64,000 nucleotides of DNA from a virus (IMGVR_UViG_3300031088_000782:64001-128000), one strand, 5' to 3'; positions 36,171 to 46,842 are shown, counted from the first letter of the stretch. Program-made: numbers and translations. Notes: generated by a model not told the origin, from the sequence alone.

Positions 36171-36199
36171 TTGACAAATGATTGAAGATTAGGTAGAAT
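36171..36199 (+). promoter_or_regulatory. Canonical housekeeping-sigma promoter
   Basis: TTGACA-17 nt-TAGAAT. Confidence 0.8.
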
Positions 36200-36230
36200 A
36201 TTGACATTGAGTAATTTTGTATAGATAAAG

Positions 36231-38174
36231 GTGGGTTTAAGAATGTTTGATGAAGATTTTGATAAGAATATTCCTGAAGAGCAGAAAGAGATTTTGAAGA
36301 GATTTCGAGAGGATCTTACTTCTCAACCTATTCGTTCTCTGAATAAAGAAGAGTCAGACATCTATGCTGGAGCTGTTTTTCGTGCTCAGCAGATACTTCC
36401 CTCTTTCCGTGACGCTTTGGCTGTTCTGAGTCCTTTCATGGATGCCACATGTTCAACTGCATACACAGATCAGTATGCTCGTGTGGGGCTTTCATACTGG
36501 TTCTTCTATCTTGCTGATGCTGAAACACGATCAATGGTTGTTCTTCATGAATCTATGCACATTCTCAACAGTCACTTCGCTCGTGCTGAAACACAAAAAG
36601 TGAAGCCACGTATGATGAATTATGCTGGAGACTTTGAGATTAATACTAATCTTTACACTCTGCCTACTATCAAAAATTCTCTTGAAAACTTTTTGATTCC
36701 TTCAAAGTATGAACTTCCTGATTTCAAGACTTTTGAGCAGTATGTTTCCATGATTAAAGACAAAATGGAAGAAATTTCAAAGGATTCAGGAAATCCAAGC
36801 GATGGGGCTGAAGAAATCGATCAGGCTTCACAAAACAACGATAGTCAAAGCGGATCGGATTCTTCTTCAGGTTCGGAAAGCGGAACTGATTCGTCTTCCT
36901 CAGATGCTTCTGGATCTGACAGTGCATCTTCTGATTCTCAACAGGGAAATGACTCTGAATCCAGCGAAAGCGGAAGCTCGTCAAGTGGAGAAGGCGGAAG
37001 TGAATCATCTGATGGTTCCGGTTCATCACAATCAGGCGATAATGGCGACTCACAAGGTGGTCAAGGATCTCAGCCTTCAGGTTATGGTAATTCCTATGAT
37101 GATTATGTTCGTAAAATGAATGGCGAAGATTCTGCGGGTGGAACTGGATCATTTGAAGATCTCCTTAATGAAGAAGAAGGAAAAGGCAAGTGTGACGGAA
37201 ATCATTCTAAAGATGGTAAAGGTGAACCTTGTGATGGATCTTGCGATCATTCTTCTGAAGGCGATAATGACGGAGAAGCAGACGGCGATAGCCAGGGAAA
37301 TAATGGAAATGGTGAGCCTGAGCCTAACTCTTCAATTGACAACTACAAGCGTTCAATGAATAGTGGTGGAGCAAAGAAAAAAGTTAATCCTCCTACACGT
37401 CATTGCGATGACAGCACTGTTAAGCGTTCTGAAGCGGCTGACAAAGCTGGAATTTCTAAAGTTTCTGACATTGAACAAAATATCGCACGAAACAACACTT
37501 CTGTTCGCATTGCTGAGGAGCTTAACAGTGGAGGTCGTGGTTCAGGAGCAAGCAATGATTTCTTGAAGCTTGCTCTTAAAAGAATGTCGCCACCTAAAGT
37601 TGATTGGCGAGATCTTTTCCGAAGGGCTGTTGCTAATGCTTATAGCGCAAGTATTATGGGACAATCATACACTTCTTATAAGCGTGTGAATAGGCGATAC
37701 AGTCAGGGATCAGTTATTTTCCCCGGTACTATTGATCATTCTCCTACTGTTACTTTTGCTGTTGATACTTCAGGTTCTATGGGACAAGAAGATTTCAGAA
37801 GGCTTCTTGCAGAAATTGAGGACATTATCAAAAATGCGGCACGTCAGAAGAATTCATTGAAAGTGTTCTCAGTTGATACTACAGTTAAAGGAATCGAACC
37901 TGTTTCTTCGGTAGATAAAATCAAACTTCGTGGTGGAGGCGGAACTGATATGAGCGTTGCCTTCGCTTATGTTAATTTGATGAAAAAGAAAGAAATGCCA
38001 AACATTGTTGTTTTGGGAACAGATGGTTACACAGAGTGGAGTTCTGTTGAAAGAGAGATTCGACAGGGAAGTTACCATGCAATCATTCTTGTCACTCAAG
38101 CGAATGCAATGAATAGTGTTCCCCAATCTCTTCACTCTGTCGCGGCTGTCATTGACATTTCAGAAGATAACTGA
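36231..38174 (+). CDS. DUF2201-like metallopeptidase plus vWA domain protein
   Basis: HExxH (LHESMH), S/G/D-rich linker, MIDAS AVDTSGSM, GGGTD, VLGTDG. Confidence 0.88.
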   Translation: MGLRMFDEDFDKNIPEEQKEILKRFREDLTSQPIRSLNKEESDIYAGAVFRAQQILPSFRDALAVLSPFMDATCSTAYTDQYARVGLSYWFFYLADAETRSMVVLHESMHILNSHFARAETQKVKPRMMNYAGDFEINTNLYTLPTIKNSLENFLIPSKYELPDFKTFEQYVSMIKDKMEEISKDSGNPSDGAEEIDQASQNNDSQSGSDSSSGSESGTDSSSSDASGSDSASSDSQQGNDSESSESGSSSSGEGGSESSDGSGSSQSGDNGDSQGGQGSQPSGYGNSYDDYVRKMNGEDSAGGTGSFEDLLNEEEGKGKCDGNHSKDGKGEPCDGSCDHSSEGDNDGEADGDSQGNNGNGEPEPNSSIDNYKRSMNSGGAKKKVNPPTRHCDDSTVKRSEAADKAGISKVSDIEQNIARNNTSVRIAEELNSGGRGSGASNDFLKLALKRMSPPKVDWRDLFRRAVANAYSASIMGQSYTSYKRVNRRYSQGSVIFPGTIDHSPTVTFAVDTSGSMGQEDFRRLLAEIEDIIKNAARQKNSLKVFSVDTTVKGIEPVSSVDKIKLRGGGGTDMSVAFAYVNLMKKKEMPNIVVLGTDGYTEWSSVEREIRQGSYHAIILVTQANAMNSVPQSLHSVAAVIDISEDN

Positions 38175-38184
38175 ATATAAATAA

Positions 38185-38246
38185 AAACAAAATTAAGCAA
38201 CCATTCTGTATAATAAAAATTGCAGAATGGTTGCTTAATTTTGTTT
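38185..38246 (+). terminator. Long terminator-like hairpin
   Basis: 26-bp stem with one G-U. Confidence 0.85.
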
Positions 38247-38366
38247 AGAGATATTATTCGAAACATATAAAAACATTTTGAAATTCTTCATTTAAGTTTT
38301 GATAAAATAATTGTGTCAAAGCTTTGATGTTGACCTTAGAAAAAATTACGAAAGAGAGTTGTGTAG

Positions 38367-39473
38367 ATGACTAATGCTAGCGAAGAAAGAATGGCGCAGT
38401 TTGATTCTGTGATTGCTGCCATCAATAAGAATAAAAAATATAATAATGAAGACAATTATGGGAAACTTTTAGCAAAATTGGGAGACAAACCTCTCGATGT
38501 TGAAACGATTTCCAGCGGAAGCCTTGTGTTGGATAAAATTCTTGGTGGAGGACTTGCGAAAGGTCGTATTATTGAGATTTATGGTCCAGAATCTTCAGGA
38601 AAGACCTCTATTGCTCTAACAGCAGTTGGAAATGTTCAAAAATCTGGCGGAAATGCTGTTTTCTTGGATGTTGAAAATGCGCTTGATCCTAAATATTCTG
38701 CAAAACTTGGAGTAGATACTGATAGACTTGCTGTTGCTCAGCCTAATTCAGCTGAGCAAACATTAGATCTTCTTCAGGATTTGACTGATACAGGAGTTAT
38801 TGACATTATTGTTCTTGACTCGGTTGCTGCTCTTGTTCCTGATGCTGAACTTGCTGGTGATGCCAGTGATGTGACTATTGGTTTAGTTGCTCGTCTCATG
38901 TCTAAGGCGTTGAGGAAGCTTATTAGCTCTGCAAATAAGACTAAAACAACTATTATTTTCATCAATCAGACTCGTGATAAAATCGGTGGATTCTCTCCTT
39001 ATGGAACTCCGCAGACAACAACTGGTGGTAAAGCTCTTAAATTCTACGCTTCTCAAAGAATAGAAATTAAAAAGGGCGGTCCTGTCAAAGGTGATACTGC
39101 TGAAGATAAGAATACACCTATCGGTAGCGAAGTAAAGTTCAAAATTGTGAAGAATAAAGTTGCTCCTCCTTTCGGAACTGGCGAATCTGTTTTGACATTC
39201 AACCAGGGAATCAATGTTGCCGCTGAAATGGTTCTTGTCGGTCATTCTTATGGAGTAATTTTGATGCCTAATAACAGAACTTATGTTGAAGCTGAAACTG
39301 GCGAAGTCTTTGGTAAGAGCAAGAGAGAGGCAATTGAAGCATTAAATAATGACAAAGAATTGCTTGAAAGACTGAAAGTTGCAACTGCTAAGCAGATTGA
39401 AGCTAATCTTCATGGTATCGGACGTGAAGAAGACGTAGAAGATGAAAGTGATTTTGAAGAAGATTCAGAATAA
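38367..39473 (+). CDS. recA: Recombinase RecA
   Basis: GRIIEIYGPESSGKT, IIVLDSVAALVP, IFINQTRDKIG, TTTGGKALKFYAS, VKNKVAPPF. Confidence 0.97.
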   Translation: MTNASEERMAQFDSVIAAINKNKKYNNEDNYGKLLAKLGDKPLDVETISSGSLVLDKILGGGLAKGRIIEIYGPESSGKTSIALTAVGNVQKSGGNAVFLDVENALDPKYSAKLGVDTDRLAVAQPNSAEQTLDLLQDLTDTGVIDIIVLDSVAALVPDAELAGDASDVTIGLVARLMSKALRKLISSANKTKTTIIFINQTRDKIGGFSPYGTPQTTTGGKALKFYASQRIEIKKGGPVKGDTAEDKNTPIGSEVKFKIVKNKVAPPFGTGESVLTFNQGINVAAEMVLVGHSYGVILMPNNRTYVEAETGEVFGKSKREAIEALNNDKELLERLKVATAKQIEANLHGIGREEDVEDESDFEEDSE

Positions 39474-39493
39474 TTTTCAAACACTACTGGACA

Positions 39494-39554
39494 ATCGGCA
39501 TAATGTACGCTATACTTGAATTGTAAAAGATTCTGTAACGTACATTATGCCGAT
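39494..39554 (+). terminator. Long-loop hairpin
   Basis: atcggcataatgtacg / cgtacattatgccgat, 16-bp perfect stem, 29-nt loop, T-run. Confidence 0.75.
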
Positions 39555-39590
39555 GTTTTTTATAACAACGAAACGCTGTGTCATGTGAAG

Positions 39591-39620
39591 TTGACAGGGG
39601 TATAATGTATATGTTAGAAT
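39591..39620 (+). promoter_or_regulatory. Canonical housekeeping-sigma promoter
   Basis: TTGACA-18 nt-TAGAAT with extended TG. Confidence 0.75.
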
Positions 39621-39660
39621 CATTGAGTAAGCAAATTTTTTATGAAGTAGGAGAGTAAAT

Positions 39661-40839
39661 ATGAGTGAAAATATTTTGACCAATTCTGACCATGTTCTTC
39701 GGGCTGCTCTGAAAGCTCGTCAGGCTGTTATGCTAGTCGGTGAGCCTGGAACAAGCAAAACAGCCAGTGTTGCTCAACTTGCAGAAGATTTGGGTAAAAC
39801 CCTTATCACAATTGTCCCATCTCGAATGGACTCTCAGGATATTTCAGGATTTCCTACTAAGGGTGAATATACTTATGGGGAAATCACTGCACCTGTGACA
39901 GAATATGCTCCTCAGCGTTGGCAAATGGAAATTATGGAGAAGAAAGAAGTCATTCTTCTTCTTGACGAATTTTCAAATGCTCATCCTTCAACTCGTGCTT
40001 CTCTCCTTTCCTTTATTCAGGATAGGCAGTTCCCCAATGGAGATTTTTTCCCTGATGAAACAGTTATTGTCTGTGCAATGAACCCTACTGATAGTGCGGC
40101 TGATGGTTATGAACTTGACCCAGCTACAACAAACCGTATGACATTCCTCTCATGGAAGCCAAGTGTTGATTCATGGCTTAAAGGAATGGTTGATAATTGG
40201 GGCAAGGGTGTTGCAAGCGAATCAGAAAAGAAGTGGCGTAACCTTATTGTTCGCTTCATCAATGACGAACCAGGTGCTCTTCACACAGGACCAAACTCAA
40301 ATTACAACGGTGAAGCCTATGGCGTTTCCGACAACTCTTCTGACCGTGCAGTTCTTCAATATGCTTGGGCATCACGCAGGTCATGGGACAATCTTTCTCG
40401 TATTCTTGGTGCCCTCGAAACAAATGATTCTATGATTGAAGATACTATCATGGAGGGTACTGTCGGATATGCTTCAGCAAGCAAGTTCCGAGATTGGTTG
40501 CGTAAGAATGGCGCTCTTGACATTGCCAACATTATCAAAAACCCTAGAAAGTTCTCCGGTTGGGATGGACTTTCGTTCGATGACACTAACCTGATTCTTC
40601 GCTCAGCGTTGGAAAATGTCGACGATTCAACTCCTGTTAAAAAGGTTATGAATATTATCGACATTTTCCGAATCATTGTTGAAATTGACAAAGGTTCAGC
40701 AGCGGCACCTTACCTGCAGGATCTTGCTAAGATTCGAAACAGAGCCGGTGGTCTCAACTCTGACGAGAAGAAGCAAGTCACTGAAGAACTTAAAGCAGTG
40801 ATTCCTCTGTTCAATGAGATTTCAAAGCGCAGAAAGTAA
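39661..40839 (+). CDS. MoxR-like AAA+ ATPase (AAA_5 type)
   Basis: GEPGTSKT, LLLDEFSNA, CAMNP, PATTNRM, RRSW. Confidence 0.88.
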   Translation: MSENILTNSDHVLRAALKARQAVMLVGEPGTSKTASVAQLAEDLGKTLITIVPSRMDSQDISGFPTKGEYTYGEITAPVTEYAPQRWQMEIMEKKEVILLLDEFSNAHPSTRASLLSFIQDRQFPNGDFFPDETVIVCAMNPTDSAADGYELDPATTNRMTFLSWKPSVDSWLKGMVDNWGKGVASESEKKWRNLIVRFINDEPGALHTGPNSNYNGEAYGVSDNSSDRAVLQYAWASRRSWDNLSRILGALETNDSMIEDTIMEGTVGYASASKFRDWLRKNGALDIANIIKNPRKFSGWDGLSFDDTNLILRSALENVDDSTPVKKVMNIIDIFRIIVEIDKGSAAAPYLQDLAKIRNRAGGLNSDEKKQVTEELKAVIPLFNEISKRRK

Positions 40840-40850
40840 TATTTTTCTCT

Positions 40851-40892
40851 AAAATAATCGCCACACTGAAAATGAAGTGTGGCGATTATTTT
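40851..40892 (+). terminator. Terminator-like hairpin
   Basis: aaaataatcgccacact / agtgtggcgattatttt, 17 bp; TGTTAGAAT follows at 40894. Confidence 0.85.
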
Positions 40893-40924
40893 TTGTTAGA
40901 ATATATATTGATTAATGAAAAGTT

Positions 40925-43225
40925 TTGGAAGGGGAAAATTTACTAATGGCGAATAATGATAGAGAGCTATACTTGCAAGCACAAAGAAGGCTTGTTGCTT
41001 CCTTGGTGTATGACGGGACAAGCGCAACAAGAGTTTTCGAATTAGTTGGTCCTCAAGATGTTGATGAACCCGCGCTGGAACTTATCATTACCGCTATTAT
41101 GACTCTGGCCCGACAAGATTCAGAAATTTCCGTAATTTCTATTGGTAAAGAACTGGAAAAAGAAGGCCTTCTTGCTCAAGTTGGAGGAATTTCAGAGCTT
41201 AACGCTTTGCGTATTGAAGGCGAAAGATACAGACTTGAAGCTCCATCTGAACTTTATGCAAAAATTGTTCGAGAATCAAGCGCAAAAGACAAACTTGAAA
41301 CATTGCTTGTTGACTCTAAAGACACATTTAGGGATGATTCTGGAATGTCTGCTGTCGATGCTATCTCAAATCTTCAATCAGAACTCAGCAACGCACTCTA
41401 TGGGCTGTCAGACGATTCAACAGTGGTTGATGTAAGTGATTACATGGAAAGCTATTTTAACGTCTTAGATGAGCGTTTAAAGGTGAGTAAAGAAAATGAA
41501 GATAAGGCAGATGGTCTTCAAGGCATTCCAAGTCTTGTTCCCACTCTCAATAAGTACACAAACGGATGGCAGGCGCAACAACTTATTACAATTGGAGCGA
41601 GAACTGGTGTTGGAAAAGCTCTTTCTCTTGATACTCCGATTCCAACTCTTAGCGGTTGGACAACTATGGGAGAATTGAACATTGGGGACAAAGTTCTAGG
41701 AAGAGACGGAAAGCCAACAACTGTTGTTAATGCTACAGAAGTTCAACTTGAAAGAAAATGCTACCATGTTATTTTCAACAACGGAGAAACAATCACAGCT
41801 GATGCAGATCACAGATGGATCACTGAAACGTCTGATAGTAATGGACAGGAAAGCGTTAAAACAACACAAGAAATTTTCGAAACATTGCATAATGTAAAAG
41901 GCTCTCCAAATCATTATATTTCAGCTACTTCTCCGATTAATTTTGGATTAAAAGAGCTTCCTGTTGAACCTTACTATTTAGGATACAGAATATATCACAA
42001 TGATATCAAGGATATTTTTCCTAATTTTGATATATATGATTTGAATTCTATTGAAAAGGATTTTATTCCTGCAGTTTATTTGCGCTCTTCTGTTAATCAG
42101 AGAAAGAGTCTATTGAGGGGCATAGTTGACGGACTCAAAAAATCAAACATCTCAGATGAAATTATTCTTGAATTTGAGAAAAAAGAACTTTCTGAATCTG
42201 TTTTTGAATTACTTAGTTCATTAGGATTAATTGCTTTTATTTCTGAATCTAACAGTAAGATTGAGATTCGCTTTTCGTCTGAATCATATTTTAATCTTAT
42301 AAAAAACAAAAAGAATAACGAAAAATTTATTATTGAATCTATTGTTGAAGTTGATAGTGTTCCTGTTAGATGTATTCAAGTAGATAATGAAGATCACATG
42401 TATCTTGCTGGAAAAGCTATGGTGCCTACTCATAATACTGTTTTTGCTATTATGTCATTAGTAGCAGCGGCTCGGGCTGGAAAAGCTGTTTTGTTCTTCT
42501 CTCTGGAAATGGATTATCCTGAGATTATTGACAGAATTGTTGCTTGCATGTCAGGTGTATCTCAATCAAAACTAAAAAATGGAAGATTGAGCGAAGAGGA
42601 AGTAGAGCTTGTTGTCAAAGCGCAGACTGAACTTAAAGATTTAAAAATAATCATTGATACTGACCCTAAAGCAACTGTTGATTCTATCAGGTCCAAAGCT
42701 TTCAAAGCGGCTCAGTCACCAACTGGATTAGATATGATTATTTTGGATTATCTTCAGTTGATAACCCCTGTGGGACGTTATTCAAGCAGGCAAGAGGCTG
42801 TTTCGGACATGTCAAGAAATATGAAACTTACAGCGAAAACTTTGAATGTTCCTATTATGGTTCTTGTTCAGCTTAACAGAGCACAAGGTGACGAGGATGA
42901 TGATAAGTTACCTACTTTGGACAATATTCGTGAATCCGGAGCTATTGCTATGGACTCTGATATTGTTGTTCTTCTTCATAGAGATGCAACACAAGATGAT
43001 ACGACTCCACAGACCATAGTCATTTTAGAGAAAAACAGAGGTGGAGAGTCTAAGAAGCTTATCAGATGTCATTCTAATCTTGAATGTTCTTTATTCAGAG
43101 AAATAAAACGAGAAAAAGAAACTTCTGAAAGATTAACTGATGAAGAAATGATGGAACTGGAAGATGACATTGATTTAAGTGATTTTCCTGATCTTGATGA
43201 TGACATTGATCTGCAAGATTTGTGA
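40925..43225 (+). CDS. dnaB: Replicative DNA helicase DnaB with intein
   Basis: GARTGVGK|intein|TVF, FFSLEM, ILDYLQL, LVQLNR, IRESGAIAMDSDIV, EKNRGG; start may be ATG 40946. Confidence 0.95.
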   Translation: MEGENLLMANNDRELYLQAQRRLVASLVYDGTSATRVFELVGPQDVDEPALELIITAIMTLARQDSEISVISIGKELEKEGLLAQVGGISELNALRIEGERYRLEAPSELYAKIVRESSAKDKLETLLVDSKDTFRDDSGMSAVDAISNLQSELSNALYGLSDDSTVVDVSDYMESYFNVLDERLKVSKENEDKADGLQGIPSLVPTLNKYTNGWQAQQLITIGARTGVGKALSLDTPIPTLSGWTTMGELNIGDKVLGRDGKPTTVVNATEVQLERKCYHVIFNNGETITADADHRWITETSDSNGQESVKTTQEIFETLHNVKGSPNHYISATSPINFGLKELPVEPYYLGYRIYHNDIKDIFPNFDIYDLNSIEKDFIPAVYLRSSVNQRKSLLRGIVDGLKKSNISDEIILEFEKKELSESVFELLSSLGLIAFISESNSKIEIRFSSESYFNLIKNKKNNEKFIIESIVEVDSVPVRCIQVDNEDHMYLAGKAMVPTHNTVFAIMSLVAAARAGKAVLFFSLEMDYPEIIDRIVACMSGVSQSKLKNGRLSEEEVELVVKAQTELKDLKIIIDTDPKATVDSIRSKAFKAAQSPTGLDMIILDYLQLITPVGRYSSRQEAVSDMSRNMKLTAKTLNVPIMVLVQLNRAQGDEDDDKLPTLDNIRESGAIAMDSDIVVLLHRDATQDDTTPQTIVILEKNRGGESKKLIRCHSNLECSLFREIKREKETSERLTDEEMMELEDDIDLSDFPDLDDDIDLQDL
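41618..42436 (+). mobile_element. Class 3 intein (273 aa) with decayed LAGLIDADG endonuclease
   Basis: Ala1 (ALSLDT), block B ADADHRW (Trp), block F VPVRCIQVD (Cys), block G VPTHN (Thr), Thr+1; both LAGLIDADG motifs eroded (YYLGYRIYHND, LLRGIVDGLK). Confidence 0.92.
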
Positions 43226-43234
43226 GGGGAGAAA

Positions 43235-43636
43235 ATGAAAAAAAATATTCCTACTAAAAGACATCCTTTGTTTAAAGAAGAGGAAACTTTGGATTTCGGT
43301 GACTTTGAAGTGACAGAATTGACAGAGGATCAAAAAGTTGACGCATTTATTTCTAAATATATGGAAATTTTTGACCCCATAGAAACATTCTCAAAATATT
43401 TTGAATCTTCCGCTAAGGGGGTTGATCACATTCTCAGAGATGTTAAACTGTATTATAAGAAGTTAGTTCTTCAGGGAAATTGGTCTGAGAAAAAATATGT
43501 TGTTGTCATTAATGATATTTTTGAAAATCGCATTCCTTTAACTGTTGTTACTTTAGACAGAAGTGGGCTTCTTTTCGAAAAGGAAAAACTAAATTCTCAA
43601 AGAAGAGCTAAAACAGGAAGCAGGAGGCGAGTTTGA
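43235..43636 (+). CDS. Hypothetical protein in the replication cluster
   Basis: 133 aa, GAGGGG RBS, lies between dnaB and the loader-like ATPase. Confidence 0.7.
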   Translation: MKKNIPTKRHPLFKEEETLDFGDFEVTELTEDQKVDAFISKYMEIFDPIETFSKYFESSAKGVDHILRDVKLYYKKLVLQGNWSEKKYVVVINDIFENRIPLTVVTLDRSGLLFEKEKLNSQRRAKTGSRRRV

Positions 43637-43637
43637 A

Positions 43638-44417
43638 ATGAACGATGACAAACTTCATAACGCTATAAACAGTGATAATTTCAATTTCGTCAATCACAAT
43701 GAAACAGATTTTGAATCTTTCAGAAAATTTCAGCAGGACATTGACAAAAGATACTCAAAAGTTGAACGCGAAAGAACCATTCGTGAGCGTTCAAAAAATC
43801 TTGAAAAATGGGACAATAGCCTACCAGAAAGATGGCGTGGAGCTTCTTTGTCGAAAATTCATAATCCGGCAGCTGAAGTAGCCTTAAATATTATTAAAGA
43901 AAAAGGAAAAGGAAGCTTTTTTGTTAATGGAAATGCTGGATCAGGAAAAACCTATTTATCTTATGCCATCATTCGTAAATACATTGGTTCAGGTTGGACA
44001 ACTTTTTCTCAAGTGAAAATTATTTCAGAAGAAAGCATTCTGGGATTAGCTTATACTGGCTTTGAGGGCCGATCACGATTTGAGAAAATGTTTGATGATA
44101 AGTATAAAGTCTATCTTTTTGATAACGTTGGAGGTCGAGAGCATTACGATACAAAAAAAGAGACTCCTTTATGGGAAAGACTAATCGATCACATTTACAA
44201 CAATTCTTTATATGCTATCTTCACAAGCAACGATTCAGCTTTGAACTTTTCCGAAATTCTCAGTGATTCAGGACAGGCAAAATTTAGCCATTTAATTTCA
44301 GGTAGAACTATTGAGGTCAGAGGAACACGACAGCCTGCTATTTCAGATAAAGACGATAAGAGAAAATCATCAAAAAACAATAATTTTGATAGCAAATTAG
44401 ATGCTTTCGATGGATAA
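43638..44417 (+). CDS. DnaC/IstB-like ATPase (helicase loader candidate)
   Basis: LPERWRGASL, GNAGSGKT, YLFDNVG, IFTSN. Confidence 0.8.
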   Translation: MNDDKLHNAINSDNFNFVNHNETDFESFRKFQQDIDKRYSKVERERTIRERSKNLEKWDNSLPERWRGASLSKIHNPAAEVALNIIKEKGKGSFFVNGNAGSGKTYLSYAIIRKYIGSGWTTFSQVKIISEESILGLAYTGFEGRSRFEKMFDDKYKVYLFDNVGGREHYDTKKETPLWERLIDHIYNNSLYAIFTSNDSALNFSEILSDSGQAKFSHLISGRTIEVRGTRQPAISDKDDKRKSSKNNNFDSKLDAFDG

Positions 44418-44496
44418 TGCATATTTTCTGTCATAATCTTTGAATAATTTGTTAAAATGGTAGAGGCAAATAAAAACACTTCTGCTAAGGGGAAAC

Positions 44497-46842
44497 ATGT
44501 CAAAGAGAAAAGACGAAAGAAATTATATGCAGATTGATGAATTTTTCAGCAACACAAATTTGGAGCTGAATTCACAAGAGGCAAAAAAGAAAGCTGGATT
44601 CTTTAAGAAAACTGGAAGCTTCTTCATGCTTATCGTATGTGCCTCTGTTATGGGTGCTTTAATCAGCGTTCCAGGAATAGCTACTGGATCAACTATTGCA
44701 CAAGTTTCTGAACCCGTAGTTGACATGTGGAAAAACTACCCTGAAGAGTTAGATAATATTTCTATTGCTGAAAGAAATATACTTTATGATAAAAATGGGG
44801 ATGTCTTCGCTCAGGTATGGTCAGAAGATAGAGTCTCTGTAGAGGGGCTTGACGAAATAAGCGATTATGCAAAAAAAGGATTGATTGCAACAGAAGATAA
44901 AAGATTCTATGAGCATAATGGTTTTGACATCAAAGGTACAGCAAGAGCTGCGCTGAAAGGCGGCGGCGGTTCCGGCATTACTCAGCAGTTAGTTAAAAAC
45001 CTACAGTTTTATAATATGGCCGGTAAAGACAAAAAAGAAAAAGCCATCGAGGTTTCTTATCAAAGAAAGGCTAAGGAACTTAAGCTTTCATTAGCCTATG
45101 AAAAAACTCATTCAAAAGACGAAATTCTTCTTCAATATTTCAATACAGTTGCTTTTGGAAATCCCAATATTTATTCAATTGAAGCTGCTTCTCAGTATTT
45201 TTTCGGGAAACCAGCTAAGAATCTCAGCCTTGCAGAATCAGCCATCCTTGTAGGATCTGTGCAAAATCCGGTTAAATACAACCTTAGCAAAGACGAATCT
45301 AAAGATTTGTGGAAAGAGCGACAGAAAATTGTCCTCAACAGGATGGTTTCAGAAAAATATATTACTCAAGACGAAGCTGATGAAGCTTACAAAGAAAAAA
45401 TCAAACTTGTCAAAAAGAAAACCTCAGCAGGAAGCTGTGTTTCATCAAAATACCCTTTCTATTGTGATTATGTTATGGGATATTTGAAAAAATCTTCTAA
45501 GCTTGGAGAAACACAAGAAGAACGAGATGCTATTCTTGCAAAAGGTGGATTGCATATCAAAACATATATGGATCCGAAAGTGATGAAAGGCATTGATAAA
45601 CAGTTGGAAAATGATTTTGGAAACAAAAATCGTGTTGTTGCTCCTGCAGCTGTTGTTCAACCGGGAACTGGTGGAGTTTCAGGGTTTGGGGTCAATAGAG
45701 AATATGGATCAGGTAAAGGCAAGACTACTATCAATGTTCCTGCTAACAAGTCAGGAACAGGATCCGCTTATAAACCGATAACTTTGGCCGCAGCTTTGGA
45801 AAGTGGAATGAAAGAAAGCGATTTGAATTTCAGTTCATCTTGTCCTTTGAATCCTGGTTCCCAATATGATGCTCCTGTGGGTGGATTCAAGAACTCTAAT
45901 GGTTGTGGTTTTCAATCTGGAAAACTTGACTATGAACAAGCTACAGCATGGTCATCTAACACCTGGTATCTAACGCTTGCAATGAAAACAGGAATGAATA
46001 ATGTTATTGACATGAGTAAAAAACTTAATTTGAATGTTCCAGAAGGGACTTCAGAACGAAGCCTTGCTCTTGTTATAGGTTCAGCAGAGAACAGTAACAT
46101 CGACATGGCTGCGGCTTTCGGAACTTTTGCAAATGAAGGTGTCTTTTGCCCTGCAACACCTGTGGCATCTTATGAATATGCGGATGGAACTTCTCCCGCT
46201 GTTCCCGATACGTACGATCCTTCAGAAACATCATGTAGGCGTGTTATGAGTCCTCATACTGCATCTGTAGGGTTGAAAGCTATGCGAGCAAATACTTATC
46301 CAGGACATGCTAAATCTCCTTTCGGTGTTGCAGCAAAAATTAAAGGATATGACGCTGTTGGAAAATCAGGAACAAACCAGAATTACAACTGGACATGGGT
46401 TCAGGTTTCCAAAGATTATTCAATGTTCTTCAATATTTATGACATGGATAGGGTTTCTAATGGGGTCAAAGGAATGACTTATAAAGGAAGTTTCACAAGT
46501 AAAAACATCTCCACTAAGGCCGGGTCTGATGTTCTTCGCAGTATTGTCAAAGAAACAAATGCAAAGAGCAAAAAACTTGATTATAACAATAAGGATAGTA
46601 GTTTGAAGCCAGTTCCAGTTGAGACACGAGATTACTTTACAATCCCTTCCACTTTGGGAATGAAACCTGCTGAAGCTCTTTCTGCAATGAAAGCATTAGG
46701 AATTAATGCTTATGTCAGTAAAGAGAAGAGACCTGCATCCAAAGGTTATCCTGAAGGTGTCATCATTGAACAATCTCTTGACCCAGGGTTGCAATTGCCT
46801 GTGGGGACAAATAAAGAAGTAATTCTATATATGTCTGAGTAA
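44497..46842 (+). CDS. ponA: Class A penicillin-binding protein (GT51 transglycosylase, transpeptidase, PASTA)
   Basis: ATEDKRFYEHNG, GGSGITQQLVKN, RKAKE, KDEILLQYFN; SAYK, SSN and KSG catalytic motifs; C-terminal PASTA-like repeat. Confidence 0.93.
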   Translation: MSKRKDERNYMQIDEFFSNTNLELNSQEAKKKAGFFKKTGSFFMLIVCASVMGALISVPGIATGSTIAQVSEPVVDMWKNYPEELDNISIAERNILYDKNGDVFAQVWSEDRVSVEGLDEISDYAKKGLIATEDKRFYEHNGFDIKGTARAALKGGGGSGITQQLVKNLQFYNMAGKDKKEKAIEVSYQRKAKELKLSLAYEKTHSKDEILLQYFNTVAFGNPNIYSIEAASQYFFGKPAKNLSLAESAILVGSVQNPVKYNLSKDESKDLWKERQKIVLNRMVSEKYITQDEADEAYKEKIKLVKKKTSAGSCVSSKYPFYCDYVMGYLKKSSKLGETQEERDAILAKGGLHIKTYMDPKVMKGIDKQLENDFGNKNRVVAPAAVVQPGTGGVSGFGVNREYGSGKGKTTINVPANKSGTGSAYKPITLAAALESGMKESDLNFSSSCPLNPGSQYDAPVGGFKNSNGCGFQSGKLDYEQATAWSSNTWYLTLAMKTGMNNVIDMSKKLNLNVPEGTSERSLALVIGSAENSNIDMAAAFGTFANEGVFCPATPVASYEYADGTSPAVPDTYDPSETSCRRVMSPHTASVGLKAMRANTYPGHAKSPFGVAAKIKGYDAVGKSGTNQNYNWTWVQVSKDYSMFFNIYDMDRVSNGVKGMTYKGSFTSKNISTKAGSDVLRSIVKETNAKSKKLDYNNKDSSLKPVPVETRDYFTIPSTLGMKPAEALSAMKALGINAYVSKEKRPASKGYPEGVIIEQSLDPGLQLPVGTNKEVILYMSE

